From contig JAQXLO010000065.1 in assembly GCA_029012165.1 (NCBI GenBank), positions 1-58,351 of the forward strand: a stretch of DNA of 58,351 bases. The letters run 5' to 3'. The translations under genes were made by a program, and so were the position numbers. The notes beneath the pieces are model-generated. The model was not told the origin of the DNA. It made no database searches and saw only the letters and a program-made list of their open reading frames with translations. Positions 43,765 to 53,419 of the stretch are shown here, in pieces (the first letter of the stretch is position 1; each line of letters starts with the position of its first letter). Origin of the DNA: Oscillospiraceae bacterium. Lineage in GTDB: Bacteria; Bacillota; Clostridia; Oscillospirales; Acutalibacteraceae.

Positions 43765-45537
43765 TTATCGGAGTTTTTCCATCCCGACATATTCCTGCAC
43801 GAGGACGGGAAGCTTGCGGAACAGTGCTTTGAAGAAAGCGGCGAGTTTGGCGAAGAAGCCGGTTTTGACACTGACGGTCTCGGTTTCGGATTCGGCGAGT
43901 GTCTTGCCGTCCTGCATATACTTCGCCTGCACTGTAAAGGTTTTCTTGGCTTCTTTCACGGTATAGGTGTCGCCCGTACCCATGTCCTTGCCGTCCACGA
44001 ACCAGTGCACTTCGGCGCCGTCCACAGGGCTGTTTACCACTGCGGCAAAGGTAATGGTCGTTCTGTAGTCCACTGTCCGACTGCTTTGGAAATTGCGAAC
44101 CGCAACCGTCGGCAGCATGGGAATCGGCAGGGTCTCAAAGGCAGCGCAGGCGGAACATTCCCGTCTTTTTTGACCGGCTTCGGTCTGCGTCGCTTCCTTG
44201 ACAACGACCCATGCGCCGAAGGAATGCCCCAACGCTTCCGTTTCGTCGCTCTTATAGCTGTCGCCGCAGGCGGAACAGGTGTAGGTGGTGCAGCCCTTTT
44301 CCGTGCAGGTGGGCGGTGTGACAACGGAATCATACTTGTGTCCCGCTGCCTCTGTTTCATCGGCGGTGTAACTGTCGCCGCACATGGAACAGGTATAAGT
44401 AGTATAGCCCTTTTCCGTACAGGTGGGTGGTGTGACGGCAGAGCTGTATTTGTGTCCCGGCGCATCCGTTTCGTTGTCCGTGTAGCTGTCCCCGCAGGCG
44501 GAGCAGGTATAAGTAGTATACCCCTTTTCCGTGCAGGTGGGCGGCGTCACGGTGCTGTCATAATCGTGACCCAGCGCTGGTATCTCCTGCGTTTCGCTGA
44601 GCCGTTCATCACAAACAGCACAGACAGTGTATTCCTCCCCCTTCGCCGTACAGGTCGGTTCGGTGCGGACTGTCTTTTCCGTGTGCGGGATCGTTTCGAT
44701 GTCCTCCGTGTAGCTGTCCCCGCAGCGGGAACAGGTATAGGTCGCCGCACCCGTTTCCGTGCAAGTCGCTTCTTTCGTCACGGTGCAGTCATAATCGTGA
44801 CCCAGTGCAGGTATCTCCTGCGTTTCGCTGAGCCGTTCATCGCAAACAGCACAGGCAGTGTATTCCTCTCCCTTTGCCGTACAGGTCGGCTCGGTGCGGA
44901 CTGTCTTTTCCGTGTGCGGGATTGTTTCAATGTCCTCCGTGTAGCTGTCGCCGCACACGGAACAGGTGTAGGTGGTATAGCCTTTCTCCGTACAGGTGGG
45001 CGGTGTCACGACGGAGGTATATTCATGGGTATGCGCACCGGAGCTCGTCACGGTGACGGTGCCGCTCTGTGTCTGGAAAGAAACCGGCTGCAGGTCGCAG
45101 TTGAAGCAGGAACTGCTGCTGCAAGTCAGCGAAACCGTCGTATCCCCAAGGGGTGCATCTTCCCGAACTTGGAAGGTAAAGGTCACCAAGATGCCATCCT
45201 GCGTGTGGTTCGTCGTGGACAGGGAATCCGACCACAGCACGTTGTAGGGCACTGCCGTCTTGTCGCCGCCGGGCACCATGGTGCCGGTACCCAGCAGACC
45301 ACCGTCCTGCACTGTCGTCAGCGTCAACACGTCGGGATCATAGCTGATCTGCACAAGGGCGGCAATGATGCCGGGATTGCGGACAATCTCCACCGCCACA
45401 TCCACGCTTTCCCCGGGGTGGGTCGTCACGCTGACGATGCGCAGCGTCGGTTCCTCTGCCGCCGAAGCCAGCGTACCCGTCCCGAGCGCCAGCAGGGTTG
45501 CCAATAGTATACTGCACACCTTTTTCCAAAACATCAT
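43765..45537 (-). CDS. Secreted protein: cohesin-like N-domain + 8 His/Cys repeats + Ig-like domain + amphipathic tail
   Basis: Signal peptide MMFWKKVCSILLATLLALGTGTLASAAEEP. LRIVSVTTHPGESVDVAVEIVRNPGIIAALVQISYDPDVLTL is cohesin-like. The repeats are of the form H.Y....TPPTCTEKGYTTYTCS.CGDSY. C-terminal tail: TGFFAKLAAFFKALFRKLPVLVQEY. Confidence 0.85.
   Translation of the reverse strand: MMFWKKVCSILLATLLALGTGTLASAAEEPTLRIVSVTTHPGESVDVAVEIVRNPGIIAALVQISYDPDVLTLTTVQDGGLLGTGTMVPGGDKTAVPYNVLWSDSLSTTNHTQDGILVTFTFQVREDAPLGDTTVSLTCSSSSCFNCDLQPVSFQTQSGTVTVTSSGAHTHEYTSVVTPPTCTEKGYTTYTCSVCGDSYTEDIETIPHTEKTVRTEPTCTAKGEEYTACAVCDERLSETQEIPALGHDYDCTVTKEATCTETGAATYTCSRCGDSYTEDIETIPHTEKTVRTEPTCTAKGEEYTVCAVCDERLSETQEIPALGHDYDSTVTPPTCTEKGYTTYTCSACGDSYTDNETDAPGHKYSSAVTPPTCTEKGYTTYTCSMCGDSYTADETEAAGHKYDSVVTPPTCTEKGCTTYTCSACGDSYKSDETEALGHSFGAWVVVKEATQTEAGQKRRECSACAAFETLPIPMLPTVAVRNFQSSRTVDYRTTITFAAVVNSPVDGAEVHWFVDGKDMGTGDTYTVKEAKKTFTVQAKYMQDGKTLAESETETVSVKTGFFAKLAAFFKALFRKLPVLVQEYVGMEKLR
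44559..45020. repeat. Two near-identical direct DNA repeats (231-bp period) inside the Cys-repeat gene
   Basis: The segment from 44559 (tcataatcgtgacccag...) recurs from 44790 with only scattered mismatches over about 185 bp. Both copies encode YTCS.CGDSYTEDIETIPHTEKTVRTEPTCTAKGEEYT.CAVCDERLSETQEIPALGHDYD. Confidence 0.85.
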
Positions 45538-45697
45538 GGTTCTGTCCCCTTTCCTGAACTTTTCCACCTTTAATGGTAATATAAAACCCCGAAAACGTCA
45601 AGAAAATATTTTGCAAAGTACATATTTTCTTGACGGGTCTGCATATCTATGGTAAAATCAATATTTGTAAAAGTATGACTGAAAGGATTATCCAAGC

Positions 45698-46765
45698 ATG
45701 AAACGAGTACTTGTCTTATTCGGCGGCGTTTCCTCGGAGTACGAGGTCTCCCTGCGTTCGGCAAAATCGGTCATCGACTGCATCGACAGAAGTCTCTGGG
45801 AGGTTCTGACTGTCGGCATCACCAAGGACGGTCAATGGTTCCTGTACAGCGGAAGCAGCGCAAGGATCGAAAGCGGTGCATGGTGCACCGACACAGAAAA
45901 TCTCGCCCCCGCCATCCTTTCCCCCGACCGCCTTGTGCACGGCCTGACGGTATTCCGCACGGACGGCGTGGAAAATGTGCCTGTGGATGTGGTTTTCCCC
46001 GTCCTGCACGGCAAAAACGGGGAGGACGGCACCATGCAGGGCTTTTTGCAGCTGGCGGGCATCCCCTTTGTCGGCTGTGACACCCTGTCCTCCGCCATGA
46101 GTATGGACAAAGCCGCCACCAACACCATGGCCGACCACATCCATATGCCCCAGGCCAAGTGGCTGTGCACCAACAGGTGGGACTACAACGGCGACAGCGT
46201 CGCCTTTCGGCGGGAATGCACCGAAAAGCTGGGCTATCCCCTGTTTGTAAAGCCTGCCAACGCCGGCTCCTCCGTGGGAATTTCCAAGGTCTATTCCGAA
46301 GCAGCGCTGGACGAGGCCATTCGCCTCGCCTTTGAGCACGATACCAAGGTCGTTTTGGAGGAGGGCATCGACGGCTATGAGCTGGAATGCGCCGTCATCG
46401 GCAACGAAACGCCCGAGGCGCCCATGGTGGGCGAAGTGATGCCCTGCAACGACTTCTACGACTACGACGCCAAATACATCGCCGGCGACAGCGCACTGTA
46501 TATCCCCGCCCGTATCACCCCCGAAGCCTTCCGCACCGTGCAGGAATATGCCGTGCGGATCTACCGCACCCTGGGCTGTTCCGGTCTGTCCCGTGTGGAT
46601 TTTTTCCTGCGCAAGAGCGACGGTCAGGTTCTCTTTAACGAGATCAACACCATCCCCGGATTCACTTCCATCAGTATGTATTCCAAGATGCTGGTCGCCG
46701 CAGGCATCCCCTACGGGGAGATCGTGAACCGCCTGCTGCGCCTTGCCATGGAGAAGTGGAGCTGA
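45698..46765 (+). CDS. ddl: D-alanine--D-alanine ligase
   Basis: MKRVLVLFGGVSSEYEVSLRSA...VFPVLHGKNGEDGTMQGFLQLAGIPFVGC...FVKPANAGSSVGISK...NEINTIPGFT. Confidence 0.93.
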   Translation: MKRVLVLFGGVSSEYEVSLRSAKSVIDCIDRSLWEVLTVGITKDGQWFLYSGSSARIESGAWCTDTENLAPAILSPDRLVHGLTVFRTDGVENVPVDVVFPVLHGKNGEDGTMQGFLQLAGIPFVGCDTLSSAMSMDKAATNTMADHIHMPQAKWLCTNRWDYNGDSVAFRRECTEKLGYPLFVKPANAGSSVGISKVYSEAALDEAIRLAFEHDTKVVLEEGIDGYELECAVIGNETPEAPMVGEVMPCNDFYDYDAKYIAGDSALYIPARITPEAFRTVQEYAVRIYRTLGCSGLSRVDFFLRKSDGQVLFNEINTIPGFTSISMYSKMLVAAGIPYGEIVNRLLRLAMEKWS

Positions 46766-46766
46766 C

Positions 46767-47216
46767 ATGGAAAAGAAAACGATCCTTTTGACGATTCGTG
46801 ACCGTCACATTCAGGACGGCGAAGCCGACAGCTCGGAGCTGATCACCACAGGAACCTTCCAAGGCACGGCGGAGGATTTCACCATCTGCTACAACGAGCA
46901 GGACGATGCCCTGAAAAGCTGTGTCACCACTGTGCGTGTCGAGGGTCAGGAGCGCATCACCATGGTGCGCACCGGCAGTACCACGGCGGAGCTGATCCTC
47001 GAAAAAAACAAGCGGCATAATTGCCACTACAATACCCCCTACGGCAGTTTTGTTTTGGGCGTGTACGCCAAGGAGATCGTCTCCCAGGTTCTCCCCGAGG
47101 AGGCCTGCGGCGCCGTGGCGTTCCGCTACACGCTGGATTTCAACTCTGCCAACAGCACCGAAAATGAACTCAACATACTCTTTAAGGAGGCAACGTCCAA
47201 TGTCCCTGATTGTTAA
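46767..47216 (+). CDS. DUF1934 (YwiB-like) beta-barrel protein
   Basis: A small acidic protein located immediately upstream of and overlapping argS, the usual genomic position of DUF1934. The family assignment is from memory of that context and the sequence style. Confidence 0.6.
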   Translation: MEKKTILLTIRDRHIQDGEADSSELITTGTFQGTAEDFTICYNEQDDALKSCVTTVRVEGQERITMVRTGSTTAELILEKNKRHNCHYNTPYGSFVLGVYAKEIVSQVLPEEACGAVAFRYTLDFNSANSTENELNILFKEATSNVPDC

Positions 47217-48885
47217 AAAAGTCCAGCAGGACATCCGTGAAAAAATTCTTGAAGCCACCGCCCGTGCCATGGCCGACGGCACTCTGCCCACCGTTCCCAC
47301 GGGCGACTTCATCATCGAAGTGCCCGCCGACCGCAAAAACGGCGACTTCTCCTCCAATGCCGCCATGGCATGGGCGAGGGATTTTCACAAAGCCCCCCGC
47401 ATGATCGCCGATGCGATCGTTTCCCACATGGATCTCGCCGGCACCTATCTGGAGCGCTGTGAAATGGCGGGTGCGGGTTTCCTCAATTTCTACCTTGCCG
47501 ACACCTACTATGCCGCCATTCTGCGGGATATCCGCAACAAGGGTGCCGATTACGGCCGCTCCGACTACGGCAAGGGACAGCGCATCAACGTGGAATTCAT
47601 CTCCGCCAACCCCACCGGTCCCATGCACATGGGCAATGCCCGAGGCGGTGCGCTGGGCGACTGTCTGGCGGCTGTGATGGATGCCGCCGGGTACGAAGTG
47701 TCCCGGGAATTTTACGTCAACGATGCCGGCAACCAGATCGAAAAATTTGCCCTGTCTCTGGACATTCGCTACCGCCAGCACTTCGGCGAAGAGATCGAAA
47801 TGCCCGAGGACAGCTACCACGGCGAGGACATCAAGGAACACGCCGAAGCTTTTGCCGCCCTGTACGGCGACAAATATCTGCACGAGGACGAGGCTGTCCG
47901 CCGCAAGGCACTGGTGGACTACGCCCTGCCGAAAAATATTGACCTCATGCGGGAAAATGTTGCCAAGTACCGCATCGTCTACGACAAGTGGTTCTTTGAA
48001 AGCGAGCTGCACAAGGGCGAGGTCGCCGAGGTCATTCAGCTGATGCGGGACAAGGGTCTGACCTACGAAAAGGACGGCGCCCTTTGGTACAAGGCAACCG
48101 AACACGGCGGCGAAAAGGACGAGGTGCTCATCCGTGCCAACGGCAACCCCACCTACTTCGCCGCAGACATCGCCTACCACCGCAACAAATTGCAGGTGCG
48201 TGGGTTTGACAAAGCCATCGACATCTGGGGCGCCGACCACCACGGGCACGTCGCCCGCATGAAGGGCGCACTCGAAGCCATCGGTATCGACGGCGGCAAG
48301 CTGGACGTCATTCTCATGCAGCTGGTGCGTCTGATGAGCGGCGGCGAAGTGGTACGTATGTCCAAGCGCACGGGCAAAGCCATCACCCTGACCGACCTGC
48401 TGAACGACATTCCCATTGACGCCGTGCGTTTCCTGTTCAATATGCGTGAACCCGGCTCGCAGATGGAATTTGACCTCGACCTTGCCGTGGAACAAAGCGC
48501 CCAGAATCCGGTGTATTACTGCCAGTATGCCCACGCAAGAATTTGCAGCATCTTCCGCAAACTGGAGGCGGACGGCATCACGCCCCGGGACTGCACCGAG
48601 GCGGAGCTGATGCGGCTGAACGCCCCCGAGGAGCGGGAGCTGATTCGCCATCTGGCTTCCCTGACGGACGAGATCATCACCGCCGCCAAAAATTACGACC
48701 CGGCGAAGATCACCCGCTACACCATCGACCTTGCTTCCCTCTTCCACAAGTTCTACAACGCCTGCCGTGTTTCCGTGGAGGATGAAGCCCTCATGCAGGC
48801 AAGACTGTTCCTGTGCGCCTGTGTGCGGGACACCATCAAAAATATCCTCACGATGCTCAAAATCAGCGTCCCCGAAACGATGTAA
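47200..48885 (+). CDS. argS: Arginine--tRNA ligase
   Basis: MSLIVKKVQQDIREK...VEFISANPTGPMHMGNARGGALGD (HIGH region)...MSKRTGKAITL (KMSKS-like)...DLASLFHKFYN. ATG 47200 lies behind AAGGAGG. Confidence 0.93.
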   Translation: MSLIVKKVQQDIREKILEATARAMADGTLPTVPTGDFIIEVPADRKNGDFSSNAAMAWARDFHKAPRMIADAIVSHMDLAGTYLERCEMAGAGFLNFYLADTYYAAILRDIRNKGADYGRSDYGKGQRINVEFISANPTGPMHMGNARGGALGDCLAAVMDAAGYEVSREFYVNDAGNQIEKFALSLDIRYRQHFGEEIEMPEDSYHGEDIKEHAEAFAALYGDKYLHEDEAVRRKALVDYALPKNIDLMRENVAKYRIVYDKWFFESELHKGEVAEVIQLMRDKGLTYEKDGALWYKATEHGGEKDEVLIRANGNPTYFAADIAYHRNKLQVRGFDKAIDIWGADHHGHVARMKGALEAIGIDGGKLDVILMQLVRLMSGGEVVRMSKRTGKAITLTDLLNDIPIDAVRFLFNMREPGSQMEFDLDLAVEQSAQNPVYYCQYAHARICSIFRKLEADGITPRDCTEAELMRLNAPEERELIRHLASLTDEIITAAKNYDPAKITRYTIDLASLFHKFYNACRVSVEDEALMQARLFLCACVRDTIKNILTMLKISVPETM

Positions 48886-48898
48886 ACCAGCCCAAACG

Positions 48899-48946
48899 CA
48901 AGGACTGCCGCATCCCGTAAAGGCTTGCGACAGTCCTGTTTTTTTG
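48899..48946. terminator. Terminator between argS and the convergent lipoprotein gene
   Basis: CAAGGACTG-ccgcatcccgtaaaggcttgcga-CAGTCCTG followed by TTTTTTT. Confidence 0.7.
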
Positions 48947-48957
48947 TAATTTTCGTT

Positions 48958-49509
48958 TTACCGCTCGGGAGAGTAGGTAAACACCATATCCTCGCCCGCA
49001 TTCTCCTCGGCATCTTCCCAGCGCATCGTTTTGTCCTCGCCCATGCGGAACGTGCCGCTGCCGTTCTCGGAAAGCACTTCACGGGTTTCCTCGCCCTCGT
49101 CCGTATAGCTCACCAAGGTTTTCACGGCGTCGGCATAGGTGAAGGTATCGCTGTCCGGGTGATAGACCGCCGTCATTTTCCACTCCACGGACTGCCATGC
49201 GCTGTCGCCCCATTGAATCAGAATCTCCGCCTCATCGTCGCTCGTCGCCTGTATGCGCACGGTGCATCGGCCTTCGCCGTAAGTGCCGGCGTAATCCTCT
49301 GCCGTGCGTACGGCAATCGTCGGCTCGGTCTGCGCCGCCGTTGTCGAAGCGGCCGCTTCGGTTGTCTGCGCCGCCGTTGTTGTCGAAGCGGCCGCTTCGG
49401 TCGTCTGCGCTTCGGTCGTCTGCGCTTCGGGCGTCTGTTTGTCGCACGCCGTGAAGCTGAACACAGTCAACGCCAAAGACAGTGTGATTGCAATCATACG
49501 TTTATGCAT
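48958..49509 (-). CDS. Lipoprotein with TTEA-repeat linker
   Basis: MHKRMIAITLSLALTVFSFTAC lipobox, then QTTEAQTTEAAASTTTAAQTTEAAASTTAAQTE repeats (DNA tandem repeats about 49325-49440), then an acidic globular domain. Confidence 0.75.
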   Translation of the reverse strand: MHKRMIAITLSLALTVFSFTACDKQTPEAQTTEAQTTEAAASTTTAAQTTEAAASTTAAQTEPTIAVRTAEDYAGTYGEGRCTVRIQATSDDEAEILIQWGDSAWQSVEWKMTAVYHPDSDTFTYADAVKTLVSYTDEGEETREVLSENGSGTFRMGEDKTMRWEDAEENAGEDMVFTYSPER

Positions 49510-49583
49510 TTCGACATCTCCTTTATTCATTCAAAAAGCCGTGCTTCACAAGAGTGGAACACGGCTTCTTTATAGGCACAAGA

Positions 49584-51641
49584 TTAGATTTTCATTGCCA
49601 CTTCATAGGCACGCCACACGACGGAACGCAGGTTGCCGATCTCCAAGCAGTCGCCCACCAGATGGACGTTCTTGCCCTTGGGCGCCAAGGGTGCGGGAAT
49701 GTAACCGGCACAGCTGATGACGGAATCGCAGGGAATGTCGATCTCCTTACCGTCCTTGGTGCCGCAGACGATGGAATCGTCCCGCACCGCCTTGAGGGTG
49801 GTCTCCAGATAGACGGGCGTCTTGTGCAGCTCGAACCACTCACGCAGATAGGAGGAGTTGGCAAGGCAAACACCCTTCTGCGCCACTAAGTCGTCCTTCA
49901 TTTCCACGATGATGGGCTTTTTGCCCTGCAGGGCAAGCTCATAGGCGATCTCACTGCCGGTCAGACCGCCGCCGATAACGGCAACCGTCTCGCCGACTTC
50001 CTTCTTGCCGTTGAGGAAGTCGCACGCCTCGACCATCTTTTCGTAGCCGGGCACACGCTTGAGCTGACGGGGCACGGAGCCGGTGGCGATGATCACGGGA
50101 TCGGAGCCGAATGCGGCAATGTCCTTGACCTCGTCGTTCAGATGCACTTCGATATCCAGCTTCTTCATCTGCAAGCGGTACCACTCCAGCAGTTCACGCA
50201 GCTTGCCCTTGTAGGACTCTGCACTGGCAGGGATAAAGGTGCCGCCGAGGACATCGCTCTTTTCATGGATGATGGGGTTATGACCACGCTCTTTGAGCAC
50301 ACGGGCGGCTTCCATGCCGCCGATGCCGCCGCCGACGATATGTACGGTTTTGGGCGATGTGGTCTTTTTGATGTAGTGCTTGTTCCACTGCATGGTCTCG
50401 GCGTTGACGGCGCAGCGGGACAGGTGCAGACTGTCGGACAGCTCCTGATCGTTGGCAACGCCCTTGTAGTGGCACATATTGAAACAGCCGTTGTGGCACA
50501 GGATGCACGGACGGATGTCCTCTTCCTTATCGTTCATCATCTTGGTGACCCACTGCTGGTCGGCTAAGAACGGACGGGCAAAGCCTGCACCGTCGAGCTT
50601 GCCGTCGGCGATAGACTGCGCCGCAACACGGGGATCCATGCGACCGGCGCAGATTACGGGAATGTCGCAGAACTTCTTGATATGTTCCACGTCGGCAAGG
50701 TTGCAGTTTTCGGGCATATAGATGGGCGGGTGTGCCCAGTACCATGCGTCGTAGGTGCCGTTGTCGCAGTTCAGGCAGTCGTAGCCCGCATCCTGCAGGA
50801 ACTTGACGGCGATCTCGGACTCCGCCATGTCACGACCGACCTCCACGTAGTCCTCCCCCGGCAGAGCGCCCTGACGGAAGCCCTTGGTCTTGGACACGAC
50901 GCTGTAGCGCAGAGAAACGGGGAAGTCCTTGCCGCACTCTTTTTTGATTGCCTTGACGATCTCGGCGGCGAAACGATAGCGGTTTTCCAAAGAGCCGCCG
51001 TACTCATCGGTACGTTTGTTGACATATTTCAGTGTGAACTGGTCGAGCAGATAACCCTCGTGGACAGCGTGGATCTCCACACCGTCTACGCCTGCCTCCT
51101 GCAGCAGCTTTGCAGACTTGGCAAAGGCGTCGATGAACTCCTGAATCTCTTCCTTGGTCATCTCACGGGAGGGCACCTTGTCGGACCAGCGGTTGGGTGC
51201 AGGGCTGGCAGTGGCGGTAATTTTGTCGATGTTCATGATGGGCTTGCTGATGGTACGCACGACGGGCGTGTTGTACAGCATCTCCATCATGCTGTCAATG
51301 GTGAACGAACGGCCGAAACCGGCAGTCAGCTGAACGAACAGCTTGGCGCCTGTCTTGTGGAATTCGGGCATCCATTTCGCCAGATCCTTGTACATCTTTT
51401 TCTTTTTGTGCAGCCACTGTCCGAGCATCGGGTTGTACACAGGCTGACAGCCCGGCAGAACAAGGCCGCAGTTGTTTTTGGCGACTTCCATGATGAAGCG
51501 TGCGCCGGCCTTGTCGAAGTGGTTCACTTCCATCCAACCGAAGAGGTCAGTGCCGCCCATACTGGTCAGTACGATGCGGTTTTTGATCTCACAGTTGCCG
51601 ATTTTCCACGGGGTGAATAAGGGGGCTAATTTCTGATCCAT
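49584..51641 (-). CDS. Old-yellow-enzyme + FAD/NAD(P) two-domain flavoenzyme (2-enoate reductase / 2,4-dienoyl-CoA reductase family)
   Basis: OYE TIM-barrel N-half (GVEIHAVHEGYLLDQF), an FeS Cys motif (RPCILCHNGCFNMC), then VHIVGGGIGGMEAA and VAVIGGGLTGSEIA Rossmann motifs. ATG 51641. Confidence 0.85.
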   Translation of the reverse strand: MDQKLAPLFTPWKIGNCEIKNRIVLTSMGGTDLFGWMEVNHFDKAGARFIMEVAKNNCGLVLPGCQPVYNPMLGQWLHKKKKMYKDLAKWMPEFHKTGAKLFVQLTAGFGRSFTIDSMMEMLYNTPVVRTISKPIMNIDKITATASPAPNRWSDKVPSREMTKEEIQEFIDAFAKSAKLLQEAGVDGVEIHAVHEGYLLDQFTLKYVNKRTDEYGGSLENRYRFAAEIVKAIKKECGKDFPVSLRYSVVSKTKGFRQGALPGEDYVEVGRDMAESEIAVKFLQDAGYDCLNCDNGTYDAWYWAHPPIYMPENCNLADVEHIKKFCDIPVICAGRMDPRVAAQSIADGKLDGAGFARPFLADQQWVTKMMNDKEEDIRPCILCHNGCFNMCHYKGVANDQELSDSLHLSRCAVNAETMQWNKHYIKKTTSPKTVHIVGGGIGGMEAARVLKERGHNPIIHEKSDVLGGTFIPASAESYKGKLRELLEWYRLQMKKLDIEVHLNDEVKDIAAFGSDPVIIATGSVPRQLKRVPGYEKMVEACDFLNGKKEVGETVAVIGGGLTGSEIAYELALQGKKPIIVEMKDDLVAQKGVCLANSSYLREWFELHKTPVYLETTLKAVRDDSIVCGTKDGKEIDIPCDSVISCAGYIPAPLAPKGKNVHLVGDCLEIGNLRSVVWRAYEVAMKI

Positions 51642-51782
51642 GCTCTGTCTCTCCTCACATAAAATTCGGCAAAACACCTATGATATTATTGTACATTTTT
51701 TTGTGCGTTTGTCAAGATGAAAACAAAAGAAAGCGCCGCCAAAAGACGACACTTTCATCGGTAACAGGTTCGTCGCTTTGCC

Positions 51783-52073
51783 CTACCTCTGCTCCCCGCC
51801 GAGATAGTCGTCTGTGGATTTAGAATAGGGGTTTTTGTTCTCCGGGTACGGGGTCGGTGTATCGGCGGCACGGTTGGCGAGTGAAAACACCACCGTAATC
51901 ACCAGCGCATACAGCACCCAAATGCCCAAAAGGACAAACGTCGGAAACAGCGGGAAGTGCAGCCACAAGTGCAGGCAATAGTACACAATCGCCGCCACAC
52001 ACCACTCGAAACGAAATACCATATTCAGCAGCAGACACAGAATAAATCCGTGGTCTTTTGCCGTTCTTCGCAT
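51783..52073 (-). CDS. Small 2-3 TM membrane protein
   Basis: AGGAGG lies 6 nt upstream of ATG 52073, directly after the upstream gene's stop. The core is hydrophobic (ILCLLLNMVF...LLGIWVLYALVITVVFSL). Confidence 0.55.
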   Translation of the reverse strand: MRRTAKDHGFILCLLLNMVFRFEWCVAAIVYYCLHLWLHFPLFPTFVLLGIWVLYALVITVVFSLANRAADTPTPYPENKNPYSKSTDDYLGGEQR

Positions 52074-52076
52074 GAA

Positions 52077-53408
52077 TTATTCCTCCTGTTCGGCGTAGAT
52101 GCGCTCCACACCGTAGTACTTTGCCATATTGGCGTTGGCAAAATGGTCGGGATCGTCACTCAGATACTCCAGCTGGTAAAAGGCACAGTACTGGCTTTGC
52201 GGCACCGGCACCGGCAGGGTGATCTCCCGCTCTCCGAGCGCCTTTTTTTCCTCGATGGTCTGTATATTCTCCTGCACCGCTTCGTGCATCAGGTACATAT
52301 CCTGTATGCCGAAGGGGCACCAATAAAACAGCGACAGGCAGACAAGCGTCGAAAGACAAAGACAAGCCATGTGCGCCTTTTCCGTTTCCGAAAGGGCGAG
52401 AAGCAGAATGCCGTCCGCAGCGATAAACAACAGCGCCGGCGCCGCCATACAGCGAACCGGGTAGTATCGGGACAGGGTAAAGATCAGTCCCGCACCCATG
52501 GCGCCGCAGGCAAACACGGCAGAAAGCAAAAGGCGCTTTTTATCCGCACGCAAAGCGAGCGCCGCAAACAACAGAATAACAAAGGCGATGAGGACAGGGC
52601 GCATTCGATAGAAGCGATCCGTCACCTTGCCGAACTGATACAGCAGGCGAATGAGGGAAAAGCCGCCGCTTTTGTTGCTGCGCTCCGCCGGAGCAAAAAC
52701 CATGCAGGCATAGCCAACAACGGCGAAAATGATGGATGCGATCGCCGTCGGCGGCACCTTGCGTTTTTCCGCAAAGCGCACCAGCAGGACAAACAGGATC
52801 GCCATAAAAATCGCTGCTCCGGACAGATTTTCCAAATATGCGCCCATGCACACGGCACCGAGGGCAAACAATGCCTTTATAAACACATTTCCGTCTTGCA
52901 GCAGGTTTTTCCGTCCCTCGTACAGCCGCACAAAGGGCAGGAGAAACAAGAACGCCGGAATCTGCGCCCACAGGTAGTTGCACGACCCATCCAGCCAGAA
53001 GTTGACCTGACCGAATCCCGGTTCAAAGACCCAGACGGCAGAAAACAGCGTGAGCAAAAAGAGATTGTTCGTTTCTTTTCCCCTGCACAGCCTGTACAGC
53101 AGACAGAGACTGAGCGCAAAAACGGCGGCGTTGATCACGTTGAACACCGTCTTGGGCAGGTTTTCAAAAATCTGCACAAAGGCGTGGGCAATCAGACGTC
53201 CGTTCATGGTATAGGCGTGGGCACGCATGGAATCGAGCAGGGCGGAAACACTGCGCACCGGCTCGCCGTCCGCAAAGGAGTAGGTGTACAGAAAATCATC
53301 CGCACACTTGTCCGTCAGCATATTGCCCACCAGCATGACCACAAACACCGCCGCAAGCAGCAGCAGTGTGACAATACGGGAGGTGTTGATCTTTCGGATA
53401 AACTGCAT
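52077..53408 (-). CDS. Polytopic membrane protein, GT-C-like / DUF6056-like (GtrC-type candidate)
   Basis: 443 aa with more than 10 hydrophobic segments. It lies immediately downstream of a GtrB-like GT2, the position occupied by serotype-converting GT-C enzymes. The family name is from memory and is not verified. Confidence 0.55.
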   Translation of the reverse strand: MQFIRKINTSRIVTLLLLAAVFVVMLVGNMLTDKCADDFLYTYSFADGEPVRSVSALLDSMRAHAYTMNGRLIAHAFVQIFENLPKTVFNVINAAVFALSLCLLYRLCRGKETNNLFLLTLFSAVWVFEPGFGQVNFWLDGSCNYLWAQIPAFLFLLPFVRLYEGRKNLLQDGNVFIKALFALGAVCMGAYLENLSGAAIFMAILFVLLVRFAEKRKVPPTAIASIIFAVVGYACMVFAPAERSNKSGGFSLIRLLYQFGKVTDRFYRMRPVLIAFVILLFAALALRADKKRLLLSAVFACGAMGAGLIFTLSRYYPVRCMAAPALLFIAADGILLLALSETEKAHMACLCLSTLVCLSLFYWCPFGIQDMYLMHEAVQENIQTIEEKKALGEREITLPVPVPQSQYCAFYQLEYLSDDPDHFANANMAKYYGVERIYAEQEE

Positions 53409-53419
53409 AACTTCTTCCT

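Noticed and set aside
43753-45507. 584-aa plus-strand ORF opposite the cohesin/Cys-repeat gene
   Set aside because: Shadow ORF. Its internal repeats merely mirror the real gene's repeats on the other strand.
47182-48747. 521-aa minus-strand ORF opposite argS; likewise 54602..56050 opposite the P-type ATPase and 56370..57524 opposite the patatin gene
   Set aside because: All three are antisense to genes with diagnostic motifs (HIGH/KMSKS, DKTGT/CPC, GxSxG), and none has an RBS or a recognisable domain.
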